Source: Naegleria gruberi (lineage: Eukaryota). From it: DNA of 64,000 bases. This document shows positions 19,914 to 31,084 of this stretch, in pieces. The number at the start of each line of letters is the position of its first letter. Position 1 is the stretch's first letter. The notes beneath the pieces are model-generated. The model did not search any database. It saw only the letters and a program-made list of their open reading frames with translations, and was not told the DNA's origin. The translations under genes and the position numbers were made by a program. The DNA lies in NCBI GenBank assembly GCA_000004985.1, contig GG738915.1; one strand, 5' to 3'.

Positions 19914-22122
19914 ATGCACAAGGAAGAGGCAGTGTTTGATATTTGTGAAGATAATGTGAGCACACCAACCAGTCCTAAAGCTATTCAGCTTATTGAAACG
20001 TCACCCTCATCAACAGAAGAAGTAAAACAATCCATACCAGTAAAAACAGCCGCGCAATCAAATGAACCAGAGGAAGTTTTAAAAGATCCAAATGGACCTA
20101 CTTTACACTTTTATGATCATTTTCTGATCTTTAAGTGTTTTGGATTTTGGACATGGATATTCATTATTTTGGGAATCTTGGGCTCTATGGGTAATGGTGT
20201 TGTGGCGTTAATATTTCAATTCATATTCGGTGATTTGATCAATATTTTCCAACCTGTGAATGGAGTTATGCCATCAGCTACAATAATGAGAAATGCCATC
20301 TCAGATGTTTGTCTCAAATTTACAGGAGTTGCTATTGGAAGTATGGCTTCCAGTTTCGTATCTCAATTTTTCAATGGGTGGGCCAGTGAAAGAATTGGAA
20401 TCTCTCTCAGACAGGCTTATTTCAATGAATTAACAAGACAAGAGGTTGCATTCTTTGATATTAAGAAAACAGGTGCCCTGACAATTGCACTCAGTGAAGA
20501 TGTTGGAAAGATCCAAGAAGCTTGGACCAGAAAAATTTCTGGTGTCATGCAACACACTAGTACCATTCTCATTGGGTTGATTCTGGCCTTTGTCAGTAGT
20601 TGGCAAATGACTCTCGTTACCATTTCAACCACTCCACTCATGATTTTGATTGGTGTGGTTATGGGAAAATTGACAGAAAAGATTAGTTTTAAATCAGGTG
20701 AAACTATCGCAAAGAGTGCCTCAAAGGCAACCGAAGTTGTCTCCTCATTCAAAACAGGTAAGTTGAAATTCCAATATTTGTTCTAAAAAATTCAACCTAG
20801 TTAAAAGTATGGGGTGCGAAGAAAAGGAACAAGCTCAATTCGCTAACATTTTGAAAAAGCTTCATTTGTATGGCATATTAAAAGCTGGCGCACAAGGTGC
20901 TAGTTTGGGGTCTGAAAGCTTCATCATTTGGGGTACCTGTTCATTGGCCTTTTGGTATGCGTAAGTAGCAGTGTAATTTTAAACCTCAATTTAACAATCA
21001 ACAGAGGTAACCTGGTTGTAGATGGAACTATTGTCATTGGAGATTTGGTAAAAGTTTTTGGTTTGTTAATTTTCAGGTAAGTTAAATTTCCAATATTTGT
21101 ACCTTAGACCTATTCTATAAGTACAGTGTATTTTCAATGGCATTTGTTTTTGAAATGTTACCTGACATTTTCAAGGCCTTGAGCTGTCACAGAGCTCTAC
21201 TTATGGTTATGAAAAGAAAACCAGCCATTCCATTTAAGGGTGGAAAGAGTTTGAGCGATAATGTAGGATTGGTTGAATTTAAAAATGTCAAATTTTCATA
21301 TCCATCTCGTCCAAATGTTACTATTCTTCAAGATTTTACACTTAATGTAAAGACAGGTCAATCAATTGCTATGGTTGGTCCGTCAGGATCAGGAAAATCG
21401 ACCATTGTTGGCTTGTTAGAAAGATTCTATGATCCAGAAGAAGGAGTTGTTTCAATTGACGGTGTAGATATTAAGGAAATTGATCCAAAGTGGTTGCACA
21501 AAAATGGTAAGTATCTTAAAAAATTATTCCTTATCAAGTATTTAAAACTATAGTTGGTATTGTTACACAAGAACCAGTATTGTTCGCTTGTACCATTAAG
21601 GAAAATATTGCTTATGCAGTTGGTTTGGAAAATGTAACTGATAAAGATATTGAACAAGCTGCCAAAGCTGCCAATTGTCATAATTTCATTTTGGATCTTC
21701 CTAATGGATACAATACATTACTCGGTGAAAAAGGTGTTTCTCTTTCAGGTGGCCAAAAGCAACGTGTTGCCATTGCAAGAGCTCTCTTACAAAATCCTAA
21801 AATTTTGCTTTTGGACGAAGCAACTTCAGCTCTCGACACTGAATCTGAAGCTCTTGTTCAAGCTGCTTTGGAAATGTTAATGAAAGGAAGAACCTCCATC
21901 TCCATAGCTCACAGACTTTCAACAGTTCAAAATTGTGATGTCATTTACGTTCTCGTTAAAGGAGACATCAAAGAATCAGGCACTCACAAGGAATTGATTG
22001 GCATTGAGAATGGTATTTACAGAAAATTAGCAGAAAAACAAATGGGAATTGATCAATCTTACGAATCATCCAATGAAAATGTTGGTGATACTTCTTCTCC
22101 AAGTGATTTAAATCAACAATAA
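19914..22122 (+). CDS. ABC transporter, ABCB-type half transporter (TMD-NBD)
   Basis: join(19914..20757,20801..20960,21005..21076,21127..21506,21554..22122), 2025 nt = 674 aa. All four donors are GTAAGT. Motifs: Walker [11 protein letters not shown]-loop VTQEP restored across intron 4, signature [15 protein letters not shown]. Also Walker [13 protein letters not shown] and H-loop SIAHRLST. The TMD shows ABCB-like [23 protein letters not shown]. Confidence 0.85.
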
Positions 22123-22658
22123 ATTATTTCATCTTCTCCTATCATTAATTAATTAAATATTCAATAATGTCCTAATTATTTTCCAATATTTATGATTTTC
22201 CATCATGACTATTCGAACAAAAATCAGTTCCACACCCGAACAGCCACAATCATTACAGTACCATCTCATCATCATGGCTTGAAATCTTCATCACAATCAA
22301 TTGAGCCTGTCCAATAATTTGTAATACTACCTGTGGTGCTTGCTTTTTCTTGATCACAGTTTTAAAAGATTTTAGCGGGAAGAAATCTCAAGCCCTCAAC
22401 TCGCAAAAGGCAACTTGTTTTTTTTTTCAAGTTTAAAAAAAAAGCAGAGAAAAGGCGCAAAGTTTTTTTAGTATCGAATTTATTATTAGTCGCCCACGTA
22501 GTAATTATCATCAAATATATATTGATAGTATTAAACAACAACAACAGTAACAAGAGTAATAGTAACAAGAAAGTGTATTGTTGCGAACATTTAATTGTAT
22601 TTTAGAAAAGAGGAATTAAAAATCGGAATATTTGTAAATAAGAATTATAAAATTGAAA

Positions 22659-24215
22659 ATGGTTAATGTTCATACCTCACCCATTCCAACTGGTAATAAG
22701 AATATTCAACAACAAGAGCAAAAACTTTCTGCTTCAATGGAAAATAGGCAACAACAATATATTACGACCTTTAAACATGACAAGGAAATAATTCAAAAAC
22801 ATCAAGAAGCCTATTACGACTATGAAGACAACGGAGAGGAAGAAGAAGATGAATATTATACTGCTCCAGCTTCTGTTTCATCAAATCAAAGTCAGGCAGC
22901 AGCTAATGATACCAACAATATTTACTCACCTTCAACAGTCTTGGCCTCTATTGTACAACAAAAACCAGATGATTGTTCTCCAAACAACACCTTTTTCTAT
23001 GGACAACAACCAGTCAATCAACAACATGACGATTTAATGAATACTTCTGCTGTCAATAATAGTAGTATGAGAGATGAGGAAGAATTTTACGTTGACACTT
23101 TGGAAAATCATCCTTTGGCCAGTGACTCACCCCAAGTTGAACATTATATTGAAGGTGTTCAATTTTTATTGCCTGTGAGATACGAACCTATTGAATGTGT
23201 CGGTAAAGGTGCATATGGTATTGTTATTAGTGCTGTTGATAAGTTGATGAATAGAAAAGTGGCTATTAAGAAGATTGAAGCTGTTTTCAAGAAGGAAAAG
23301 TTCTTCCAAAAGAGAATTATGAGAGAAATTAAAATTTTAATTCACTGCAAAGGACACCCAAATATAGTAGAAATTTTAGACTTGGTTCCTCCAGAATCTT
23401 TTGATGAATTTGAAGATATTTACATTGTAACTGAATATATGGATTGTAACTTGCAAGAATTATTGAAATCTGGTCAAAAATTCAGTGAACAGAATATTCA
23501 ATACTTTTTATATCAAATGTTGAAGGCTTTAGATGTCTTGCACAATTGTGACATTGTGCATCGTGACATTAAGAGCAGTAATATTCTCGTAAATAATGAT
23601 TATGAAGTTAAATTCTGTGATTTTGGACTTTCTAGAGCCATGATGAATGAAAAAATGTCAACAGACAATGTGGCAACAAGATGGTATAGATCTCCAGAAC
23701 TCTTGTTAAAGTATCACAAGGCAGGTAAACCAATTGATGTTTGGAGTTTGGGATGTGTATTTGCTGAGCTTTTGTCCACTCCAAAACAACATGTTTTATT
23801 CCCAGGTGAAAGTCACCTCAACCAAATTGATAAGATTTTGGATATTTTGGGAACACCTCTCCCTGAAGATGTTTTTGGTTGTTTCAAGGCTCAAGTATAC
23901 ATGAGTAATCAACCATACAGAAAGAGAAAGGACTTTAAGAAGTTATTCCCTGATGCAAACCCAGAAGCTTTAGATCTTTTAGAAAAGATGCTTGAATTCT
24001 CTCCAGAAAAGAGAATTACAGTATCTGATTCTTTGAGACAGCCATATCTCGACAGTATGGCCAATCACATGGATGAAGATGAGGATGCAAACAATGGATT
24101 TGTAACTAGAGACTTTGAATACCGATTTGATGAAAGTTGGGAAGTTCCTGAAATTAAGAGAATGATGTATGAAGAAATTGTTAATTTTCACAACACCTTT
24201 TCGAAAAGATTTTGA
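22659..24215 (+). CDS. MAP kinase-family Ser/Thr kinase with an N-terminal low-complexity extension and an atypical T-D-N activation-loop motif
   Basis: The ORF track begins at TTG 22653; the first ATG is 22659. Motifs: GKGAYGIVISAVD, VAIKKI, HRDIKSSNILVN, DFGLSR, then STDNVATRWYRSPELLL. The VATRWYRxPE box is MAPK-diagnostic. The C-terminus is CD-domain-like and acidic. Stop TGA at 24213-24215. Confidence 0.85.
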   Translation: MVNVHTSPIPTGNKNIQQQEQKLSASMENRQQQYITTFKHDKEIIQKHQEAYYDYEDNGEEEEDEYYTAPASVSSNQSQAAANDTNNIYSPSTVLASIVQQKPDDCSPNNTFFYGQQPVNQQHDDLMNTSAVNNSSMRDEEEFYVDTLENHPLASDSPQVEHYIEGVQFLLPVRYEPIECVGKGAYGIVISAVDKLMNRKVAIKKIEAVFKKEKFFQKRIMREIKILIHCKGHPNIVEILDLVPPESFDEFEDIYIVTEYMDCNLQELLKSGQKFSEQNIQYFLYQMLKALDVLHNCDIVHRDIKSSNILVNNDYEVKFCDFGLSRAMMNEKMSTDNVATRWYRSPELLLKYHKAGKPIDVWSLGCVFAELLSTPKQHVLFPGESHLNQIDKILDILGTPLPEDVFGCFKAQVYMSNQPYRKRKDFKKLFPDANPEALDLLEKMLEFSPEKRITVSDSLRQPYLDSMANHMDEDEDANNGFVTRDFEYRFDESWEVPEIKRMMYEEIVNFHNTFSKRF

Positions 24216-24257
24216 GGTTCACATGTGAATATTTATAAACAACATGGAAATGTATTT

Positions 24258-25874
24258 TTATTCCTCTGTATCGTCATTCAAATAATCGAGATATCTTCTT
24301 GCTGGTTCATGATCTGGTTTAGTTTTCAAAACTCTTTCGAATTGTTTCTTGGCATCCTCAACCTTATCCAAATCGTATAAACACATTGCAACTTCCATCA
24401 TTCCATCTACATCAGTTTCGTCCAATTCACAAACCTTCTCAGCATCAGACAATGCCTTTTCAGGTTTCTTCAAAAATCTTCTGTAAACATTAGCTCTATT
24501 AAAATAGGCATCAACAAATTTGCCATCTTTCTTAATTGCTGAAGTGAAATCATCAATAGCTTCTTGATATTTTTCATCCTTAACAAGTTGAACACCACGT
24601 TCAAAGTAAATGGCACCAATTGATTGATCATTTGGTATGTCGTCCTTATTCACCTTTCCAGCCTCAATCAGTTCAATACTCTTTGTATAGAGAGGAATCA
24701 ATCGTTGTGGATCTTTTTCATCCAACTTGATCAAAACTCTGACAAGCTCACTATATGCCTTGAAGAATTCTGGATTGACTTTGGTTGTCTGATTGAAATC
24801 AATCACTGACTTGGCCAATTCTCCAACAAACTTGTAGCACATGCCTCTATTAAAGAGGGCAGTAAAATCCTTTGGGTCATGTTCAATAACTTTTGTAAAA
24901 CTCTCAATTGCTTGTTCGTATTCTTTCAAGTGATAGAGAACTGCTGCTCTGTGTTGATGGGCATGCAAGTGATTTGGATTATATCTCAATACAAAGTCAT
25001 AGTCAGCAATGCACTTCATGGATGATTCCTTCTTCTCACTCAACAATCCACGATAGTAATAAGTATCAAGTGAACCTGAATGAGCTTTCCATTGCTTTTC
25101 CTTATCCGAAACCTTCCCAAAATGAGAAATTGCCTCTGAATAGGCCTCAAAAGCTTCATCCTCCTTGTCCAACTTCTCCAATCCAATTCCCAAATTATGG
25201 TTGGCTATAAACAATTCCATGTTATTATTTCCCTCCTCTGGACACAACTTGATGAATTTTCTGAAATTCTTTGTGGACTTTTCATAATTCTTCTGATCGT
25301 TAAATATCAAACCACGAGTCATGTAATAGTTGTGAATTGGATGTTTTTGATTTGATTCAGTAACAAGTTTGTTATATTCCTTTCCCAATTTAATTGCCTT
25401 ATCCAAAGATTTGAGTGAATTTTCATGATTTTTCAAGCTTCTCTCACTCACTCCTTTCAAGTACCACGATTTGACTTGGGTGAGGAGGACTGGAAGCTTA
25501 TCAGAGAGATCTTCTAATTGGGAAATGTATTTTTCAGTGAGTGAATCAACTTGTTCGAAATCTTGAATAGCCTCTTGATGTTTTCTTTCATTGACAATTA
25601 GTGATCACAACAACAATAACAATAGCAATACCTACGACAAGTTGGAATAGGCTAATCCACGTGAAAGGTGTGCTTTAACTCCAATAACCATTATATAGTA
25701 CCACTCTTTAATGTGAGAGAGACAAGTGGTAAATGAAGCAATAGCTTGCTCATAATTTCCAGAGGAAAAATTCTTGGCTCCTTCGTTGTAAGTATCGTAT
25801 GCTAAATCTTCTACTTGAATGAAAAGGAGTATATTAGAATCGGATTGAAATTATCAATTACCTTCATCAGACAT
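24258..25874 (-). CDS. Tetratricopeptide (TPR) repeat protein
   Basis: complement(join(24258..25584,25636..25813,25862..25874)), 1518 nt = 505 aa. Exon 1 is a 13-nt microexon (ATGTCTGATGAAG). Introns are 48 nt (GTAATT..CAAG) and 51 nt (GTAGGT..AAAG). Many 34-aa units show the A/Y/F-x-x-A TPR pattern, e.g. AYFNRANVYRRFLKKPEKALSDAEKV. Confidence 0.7.
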
Positions 25875-25969
25875 TTTTTATTGTTATTTGATTGTCAATC
25901 ACTTTTCAATATTGATTTATGTTTATGAAGGTGAAGTTAGTGTTGGGAACTATTGAGGAAATGAAAAGA

Positions 25970-28159
25970 TTACTCTTTCATTGAAATGAAAGATATTCCT
26001 CCACAATTTTCAATCATGTTAATAATTTCCTTTGCTCTTTTCTGTTTGTCTTCCTTTTTGAATTCCCTTTCCAATCGAGAAATATTTCCATGTCCTGTGG
26101 TGACAATGAAGAGAGAATTGTTAGAAGCACTTTGGAAGAGCTCTTTGAAATGATTGTCGAGATTGCTTAGTATCGCTCTGATATTTTCATCGTGTTTTTT
26201 TCCTTCAGGATGATCCTTATCTTGAATTGGATCAAAATCATTCTTCTCGTAATAGGTTCCCAAATCTGAAAAGTGTGTAAACACCAAATCATATTCTGAA
26301 TTGGCAACAAACTTTTTAGACTTTTGGAAAACGTCCTCATCACTGTGGCAAGGTATAGCATCTGAGAGGGATCCTGAAACAATACCATTAAGGTTGTAAG
26401 GTCTATCAACCATGACCGACCTCTTTTCTCCATTACTCAAAAATTCAAAAACATTTTCCTGTTGTCCCTTAAAATCGGTTCCTCTCCTTTCTCTCTTATG
26501 TACATATTCGATACCCTCCTTGAGAACTACTTTTACCAAATCTAGAGCTGCTGTGGCATCTTCAGAGCTATCATGTCCAATCTTATCAATGCTATTGACT
26601 TGAATTTCTCGGGAGAGATATTTTCTTGTTAAATGCTTGAGGGATTGCTTATATTTTGTTCCAAGAGTTGAAGCATTAATGAAAATGACTGCTGTATCAA
26701 TAACTCGTTTGTGAGCGATTTTCAGGCAAATTAAATCATTTTCAAGAGAGTGCCCCACAAGAATAGTATCCTCAGATATGAATTCCTGAACCTCTTTGTG
26801 AACATCTTCAAGTCTAGTTTCCACATTTTCCAGCATTTCCTTGGTAATTCCACTGAACATAGTTCTATAGTCAATAATTTGTTCGTGAGGCTTTACCAAT
26901 TTATCGTATACTACAGTTCCTTGCTCATCCACAAATGTTACACGAGTGAGTTCATCTCCCTTCTTGGTCAGACACATTTCACAATCGAGAGCTAGAAGTG
27001 TATACTTTTTAGCAGGAGTCTTCCAATTGGAGGTGCAAACATAACCTGAACTTTCAAGCTCGGTAGGATCTTTAAATATTGGATAATTATTTTCTGATAA
27101 TTCCTCCTGGGAGAGTAATAAATCATTGAGGGTGGTTTCCTTACTCGAACCATTCTTTGGTTGATCATTTTCATTCTCGTTATTATCAACTTGTTCTTCC
27201 TTATCCTCCTGTACAATGTCATCTCTCAGAGTTACCTCTAATTTTTCGGTTATTTCTATTGTTTCCTCTTCAATGCGTATCTTAGTATTCTTTTTTGAAG
27301 AATTTTCCAAAACATTCAAAGTACCTGATACGGTAGCAAAACTGAATGGCTTGTTAGATGAGGTTTGATAAGAACTTGATGTCTTTTTGGTTGTTTTTTC
27401 CTTACAGAAAGAAATTCCTCTCTTAAACAACCTATGAAGGAAGGTCTTTTTCCAATAATTGGCTGTCCTGTGTTCTGTAATCATGAGCATGTTGGCCTGA
27501 TCCTTGGTCCATGGAGGATTGACCAAAAGAAATGGTGTCCTCTTTGAAGGTATTCCATCTGCTAAAATGTATCGTTCCATTGATTTTGCAAGATTTGGCA
27601 TTGATTTTTGATACTTTTCAAAAACTTCCTTACTCATTGAATCCAAATGAACAATTACAACCTTGTCAATTAATCCCATATTCATTATATGAATCCACCT
27701 TGGTGTAAATAATACAGCTTCATAAATTTCATTATCATTATTCTTTTTCTTTGCTGTTGTGCATGAGTGACCCATCAATGACCACAACATTAAAGCTTGT
27801 AAATCATTGAGAGTGAGGAATTTCTTTTTCAAATCCTTCAAATGGAAATTTAAAATAGCCTTTGTGTCACTTCCGAAAACTTTGGTTTGTTTTTCAATTC
27901 GAGAAACTTTCTTCTGAAAAGGAGTCAGTGGTGTAGTTGATTGAACTTTTTCATTGGTTTTTCTCTTTTTGCTTTCTTGAACAATTTCCAGTTGAGTATG
28001 TTCCTCCTCTTCCTTTGAACTATTATCAGAAATATTCTTTCTCTTTTTGTTCTCTTGCTGATTCTCCTTGCTGTTGTTGTTGTTTTGAGTTTCCGATGAT
28101 GAAGTGGAACCCTTCTTGACCAACTCTAGGAAATTTGAAACTCTATCACGTAGGGGCAT
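25970..28159 (-). CDS. REX1/REXO1-like DEDDh 3'-5' RNA exonuclease with long N- and C-terminal extensions
   Basis: Single 729-aa ORF with a true ATG at 28159. Exo motifs: LLALDCEMC (D-x-E), VGHSLENDLICL, GHDSSEDATAALDLV (H-x4-D). Confidence 0.75.
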   Translation of the reverse strand: MPLRDRVSNFLELVKKGSTSSSETQNNNNSKENQQENKKRKNISDNSSKEEEEHTQLEIVQESKKRKTNEKVQSTTPLTPFQKKVSRIEKQTKVFGSDTKAILNFHLKDLKKKFLTLNDLQALMLWSLMGHSCTTAKKKNNDNEIYEAVLFTPRWIHIMNMGLIDKVVIVHLDSMSKEVFEKYQKSMPNLAKSMERYILADGIPSKRTPFLLVNPPWTKDQANMLMITEHRTANYWKKTFLHRLFKRGISFCKEKTTKKTSSSYQTSSNKPFSFATVSGTLNVLENSSKKNTKIRIEEETIEITEKLEVTLRDDIVQEDKEEQVDNNENENDQPKNGSSKETTLNDLLLSQEELSENNYPIFKDPTELESSGYVCTSNWKTPAKKYTLLALDCEMCLTKKGDELTRVTFVDEQGTVVYDKLVKPHEQIIDYRTMFSGITKEMLENVETRLEDVHKEVQEFISEDTILVGHSLENDLICLKIAHKRVIDTAVIFINASTLGTKYKQSLKHLTRKYLSREIQVNSIDKIGHDSSEDATAALDLVKVVLKEGIEYVHKRERRGTDFKGQQENVFEFLSNGEKRSVMVDRPYNLNGIVSGSLSDAIPCHSDEDVFQKSKKFVANSEYDLVFTHFSDLGTYYEKNDFDPIQDKDHPEGKKHDENIRAILSNLDNHFKELFQSASNNSLFIVTTGHGNISRLEREFKKEDKQKRAKEIINMIENCGGISFISMKE

Positions 28160-28539
28160 TTTTTACTTTTCGCTCTTCTTGTTATTGTTTGAAGTAAGAA
28201 GCCTCTATTTTTATCAATCAGAAGAACGATTAAAAGAGTATTCCTTGGCTACATTCACTACCTCAACGTTAGCTTCATATCATCACAGATATGAAGAAGA
28301 ATTTCAAAGTTTGTATCATGCCCTAGAGACAAAACACAATAACAAAATACAATTTTAATTTTTAAAAAAATCTTATTCTGTCCACAGGTAACCTCTGCGC
28401 GAAGATTACCGCGAAGCCACTCCATCACAATCGTGATAATAATTAATTACTATTTAATAGCATCATCATATCATCAATATTATTGTGGTTGATTATCATC
28501 ATCATAATTTTACTCTTTTCCAACACATATTGATAAGAA

Positions 28540-29208
28540 ATGTTTAAAAAACTCACAGAAGGAAGTACAGATGTTAGCAAGAGTGTAGCATCCTTTGTTC
28601 AAGATAAAAGTAAGTAGATGTATGGGTTCATATCGAGTGCTGACACAAATATATTACTCATTCCTTCAACCATCACATCAATTGTTTGCAACATTTTCCA
28701 TTCTGTCTCTGTGGTATGACTATTTTGGATCGACTGAAATCCACTGAACTTGTGTCCGCTCCAATTCTTCTTCTTTCAACAACACTTGTTATTATTGCCC
28801 TTTCAAAAACAAATGTTTTCCACTGTTGCCTCTCAACAACCTCAAAAACATGCACCTGATCGACGATCGTCGTTATCTTCTGCTTCCTTACATTTTGGCC
28901 TTCGAAAATCAACAGGACAATTCTCTGAAAAGAACATTAGTGAATGGACAAAGGAAGATTTAGTTGAATGGGCTAAATCTTACAAGTATGAGGATGCTCC
29001 AGAAAAGTTTTTACAAAATGATTGGGATGGACAATGTTTAATCTATGTGACAATTCAAGATTTATTGGATATTGGTATTAAAAAAGGAGAAGCTAAATCT
29101 ATTGAAACAAGACTCAAACCACTTCTTCAAAAAGATAGAAATATCCACATCTCATCTACCGATATTTCTTTCACAAGAGACTTGTTGTTTGGACCAAACA
29201 TTCAATAA
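28540..29208 (+). CDS. Small SAM (sterile alpha motif) domain protein
   Basis: Preferred model is join(28540..28609,28916..29208), 363 nt = 120 aa. The donor is A|GTAAGT and the acceptor AACAG|GA, phase 1 on both sides. The alternative is an unspliced start at ATG 28813 in the same downstream frame. SAM-like core: WTKEDLVEWAKSYKYEDAPEKFLQNDWDGQCLIYVTIQDLLDIGIKKGEAKSI. Confidence 0.55.
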
Positions 29209-29712
29209 CCACCTAGGTATATTCAACCATTGTGACAAATAACTGTTTCTTGCAGCAGATGAAATTCAACTAATCTACAATATTATTGGCCCATGTGTTC
29301 TTGTGCTGCTCAACATGACATGGGTCAGAAATCAAGATAAAGAGCATCCATGTTCTTTGTTAGTAGTGAGCCCTCATAATAATCCATGGAAGTGACTTTG
29401 TAATTGAATGAGCTGTACAGTGCCTTCAACCTAACTGGAGGAAGCCTTATTCAACAAATTCTTATTCCATTCAAACTAAATAAAACTATGCGATTACAAT
29501 GCTTTATTAAATATTTAAAAAGGTTCAAAGTTGACTTAAAATCCAATAACAGCAACATAACATGACATAATGGTCTTTCATCTCTCTATCTCTTTCGTTT
29601 TTTCGTAATCAGGTGAGAATGCACTGACGCGCTAAAGGTCAACACCAATCACGGATTTCTCTCTAAACCTTAGAAACAACCGTAGTTATGTATTAAACAA
29701 AACAAGAAAAAA

Positions 29713-30961
29713 ATGGCTGATGAAAACCACTTTTTCACTGACGCAAAGACCCACGATATTAAGAAGGACCTTGAATTCGGCAAGGTTTTGGGAAGGTAGG
29801 TTAATTGCTTTTGTATAGGAAGTCTGTAATAAGAACATCTTTTTTCAATACAACAAAACCCTTATCTTCTAATTGATACTACAACAATTCAAAATACAAT
29901 GATCATCAATAATAACAAAATGTTAGTGGTACCTTCTCCATCGTCAGAGAAGCCGCCCAAAAGAATGATGGTAGAAAAGTTGCCGTCAAGATTATCGATA
30001 AAACAAACTTGGAAGTAAATAAGGATTCATTAAAAACAGAAGTTTCAATTTTAAAGAGCGTAAACGATCAAAATATTGTAGAATTAATTGATGTTTATGA
30101 AAACGGTATGAAGGTTTACCTTGTCATGGAATTGTATGTTATAGTTTTGAACCATTTACCTTATCATTTATCTTTAATTTTATACCCAAACAATAATAGG
30201 CTAACAGGAGGTGAGCTTTTCGACAGAATTGTGAATAAGTACCCAGAAGGTTACTCTGAAGATGTTGCTGCTGAATTAATTAGAAAGATAGTTTCCTCAA
30301 TCAAATACTTGCACTCTTGTGGTGTTGTCCACAGAGATTTGAAACCAGAAAATTTAATTTACTCTTCTGATGGAAATGACAGTGATATCAAAATCACTGA
30401 CTTTGGTTTGGCAAAAATTGCCGATGGTGACTTTTTGTTAAAGACTGCTTGTGGTACACCAAACTATGTTGCCCCCGAAGTCCTTCAAAATACTGGTTAT
30501 GATGCCTCTGTAGATATGTGGTCTATTGGTGTTATTTTGTATATACTGTAAGTTTAGTGGGACTTTCAATGAATTCACCCTAATAATAATTCTATCAAAA
30601 TAGTTTGTGTGGTTTCCCACCATTTTACAGTGAAAATACTCCAGAACTGTTCGAACAAATTATTAATGGAGACTATGATTTCCCATCCCCTTACTGGGAC
30701 AAGGTCAGTGACAGTGCTAAGGATTTGATCCGACACTTGTTGGTCGTAAATCCAAAGAAGAGATTTACTCCAGATCAAACATTGAGCCATCCATGGATTA
30801 AGAAATTGTCTACTAATAAGAATCACAGACCAGAAATTATTGATGAATTGAGGAAGTTTAATGCTAGACGTAAATTTAAGATTACTGTAGAAGCTGTTTT
30901 GGCTGCTCAAAAACTCTTAGGAAAGTTAAAGAACAGAAAATCATCTATCAAGAAGCATTAA
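29713..30961 (+). CDS. Calcium/calmodulin-dependent protein kinase (CaMKI-like)
   Basis: join(29713..29795,29927..30133,30200..30547,30604..30961), 996 nt = 331 aa. Donors are GTAGGT, GTATGT and GTAAGT. Motifs: GSGTFSIV restored across intron 1, VAVKII, LVMEL|LTGGELFDRI, HRDLKPENL. Also DFGLAK, GTPNYVAPE and a basic CaM-binding-like tail ARRKFKITVEAVLAAQKLL. Confidence 0.85.
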
Positions 30962-31084
30962 TTCGTGATCCAATGTAAAATACTACCATTACCATTATTT
31001 CAATAAAAGTTCTAGGTAAAGTGTAATTATCATAGATTATTTCTTATTACAATTTGACTGTCATAATTAAGAGCAGTCAAAATT

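Noticed and set aside
28673-28912. A 79-aa minus-strand ORF antisense to the AG-free tract.
   Set aside because: I recognise no motif in its translation, so it is more likely a by-product of the strand-asymmetric composition of the tract than a gene.
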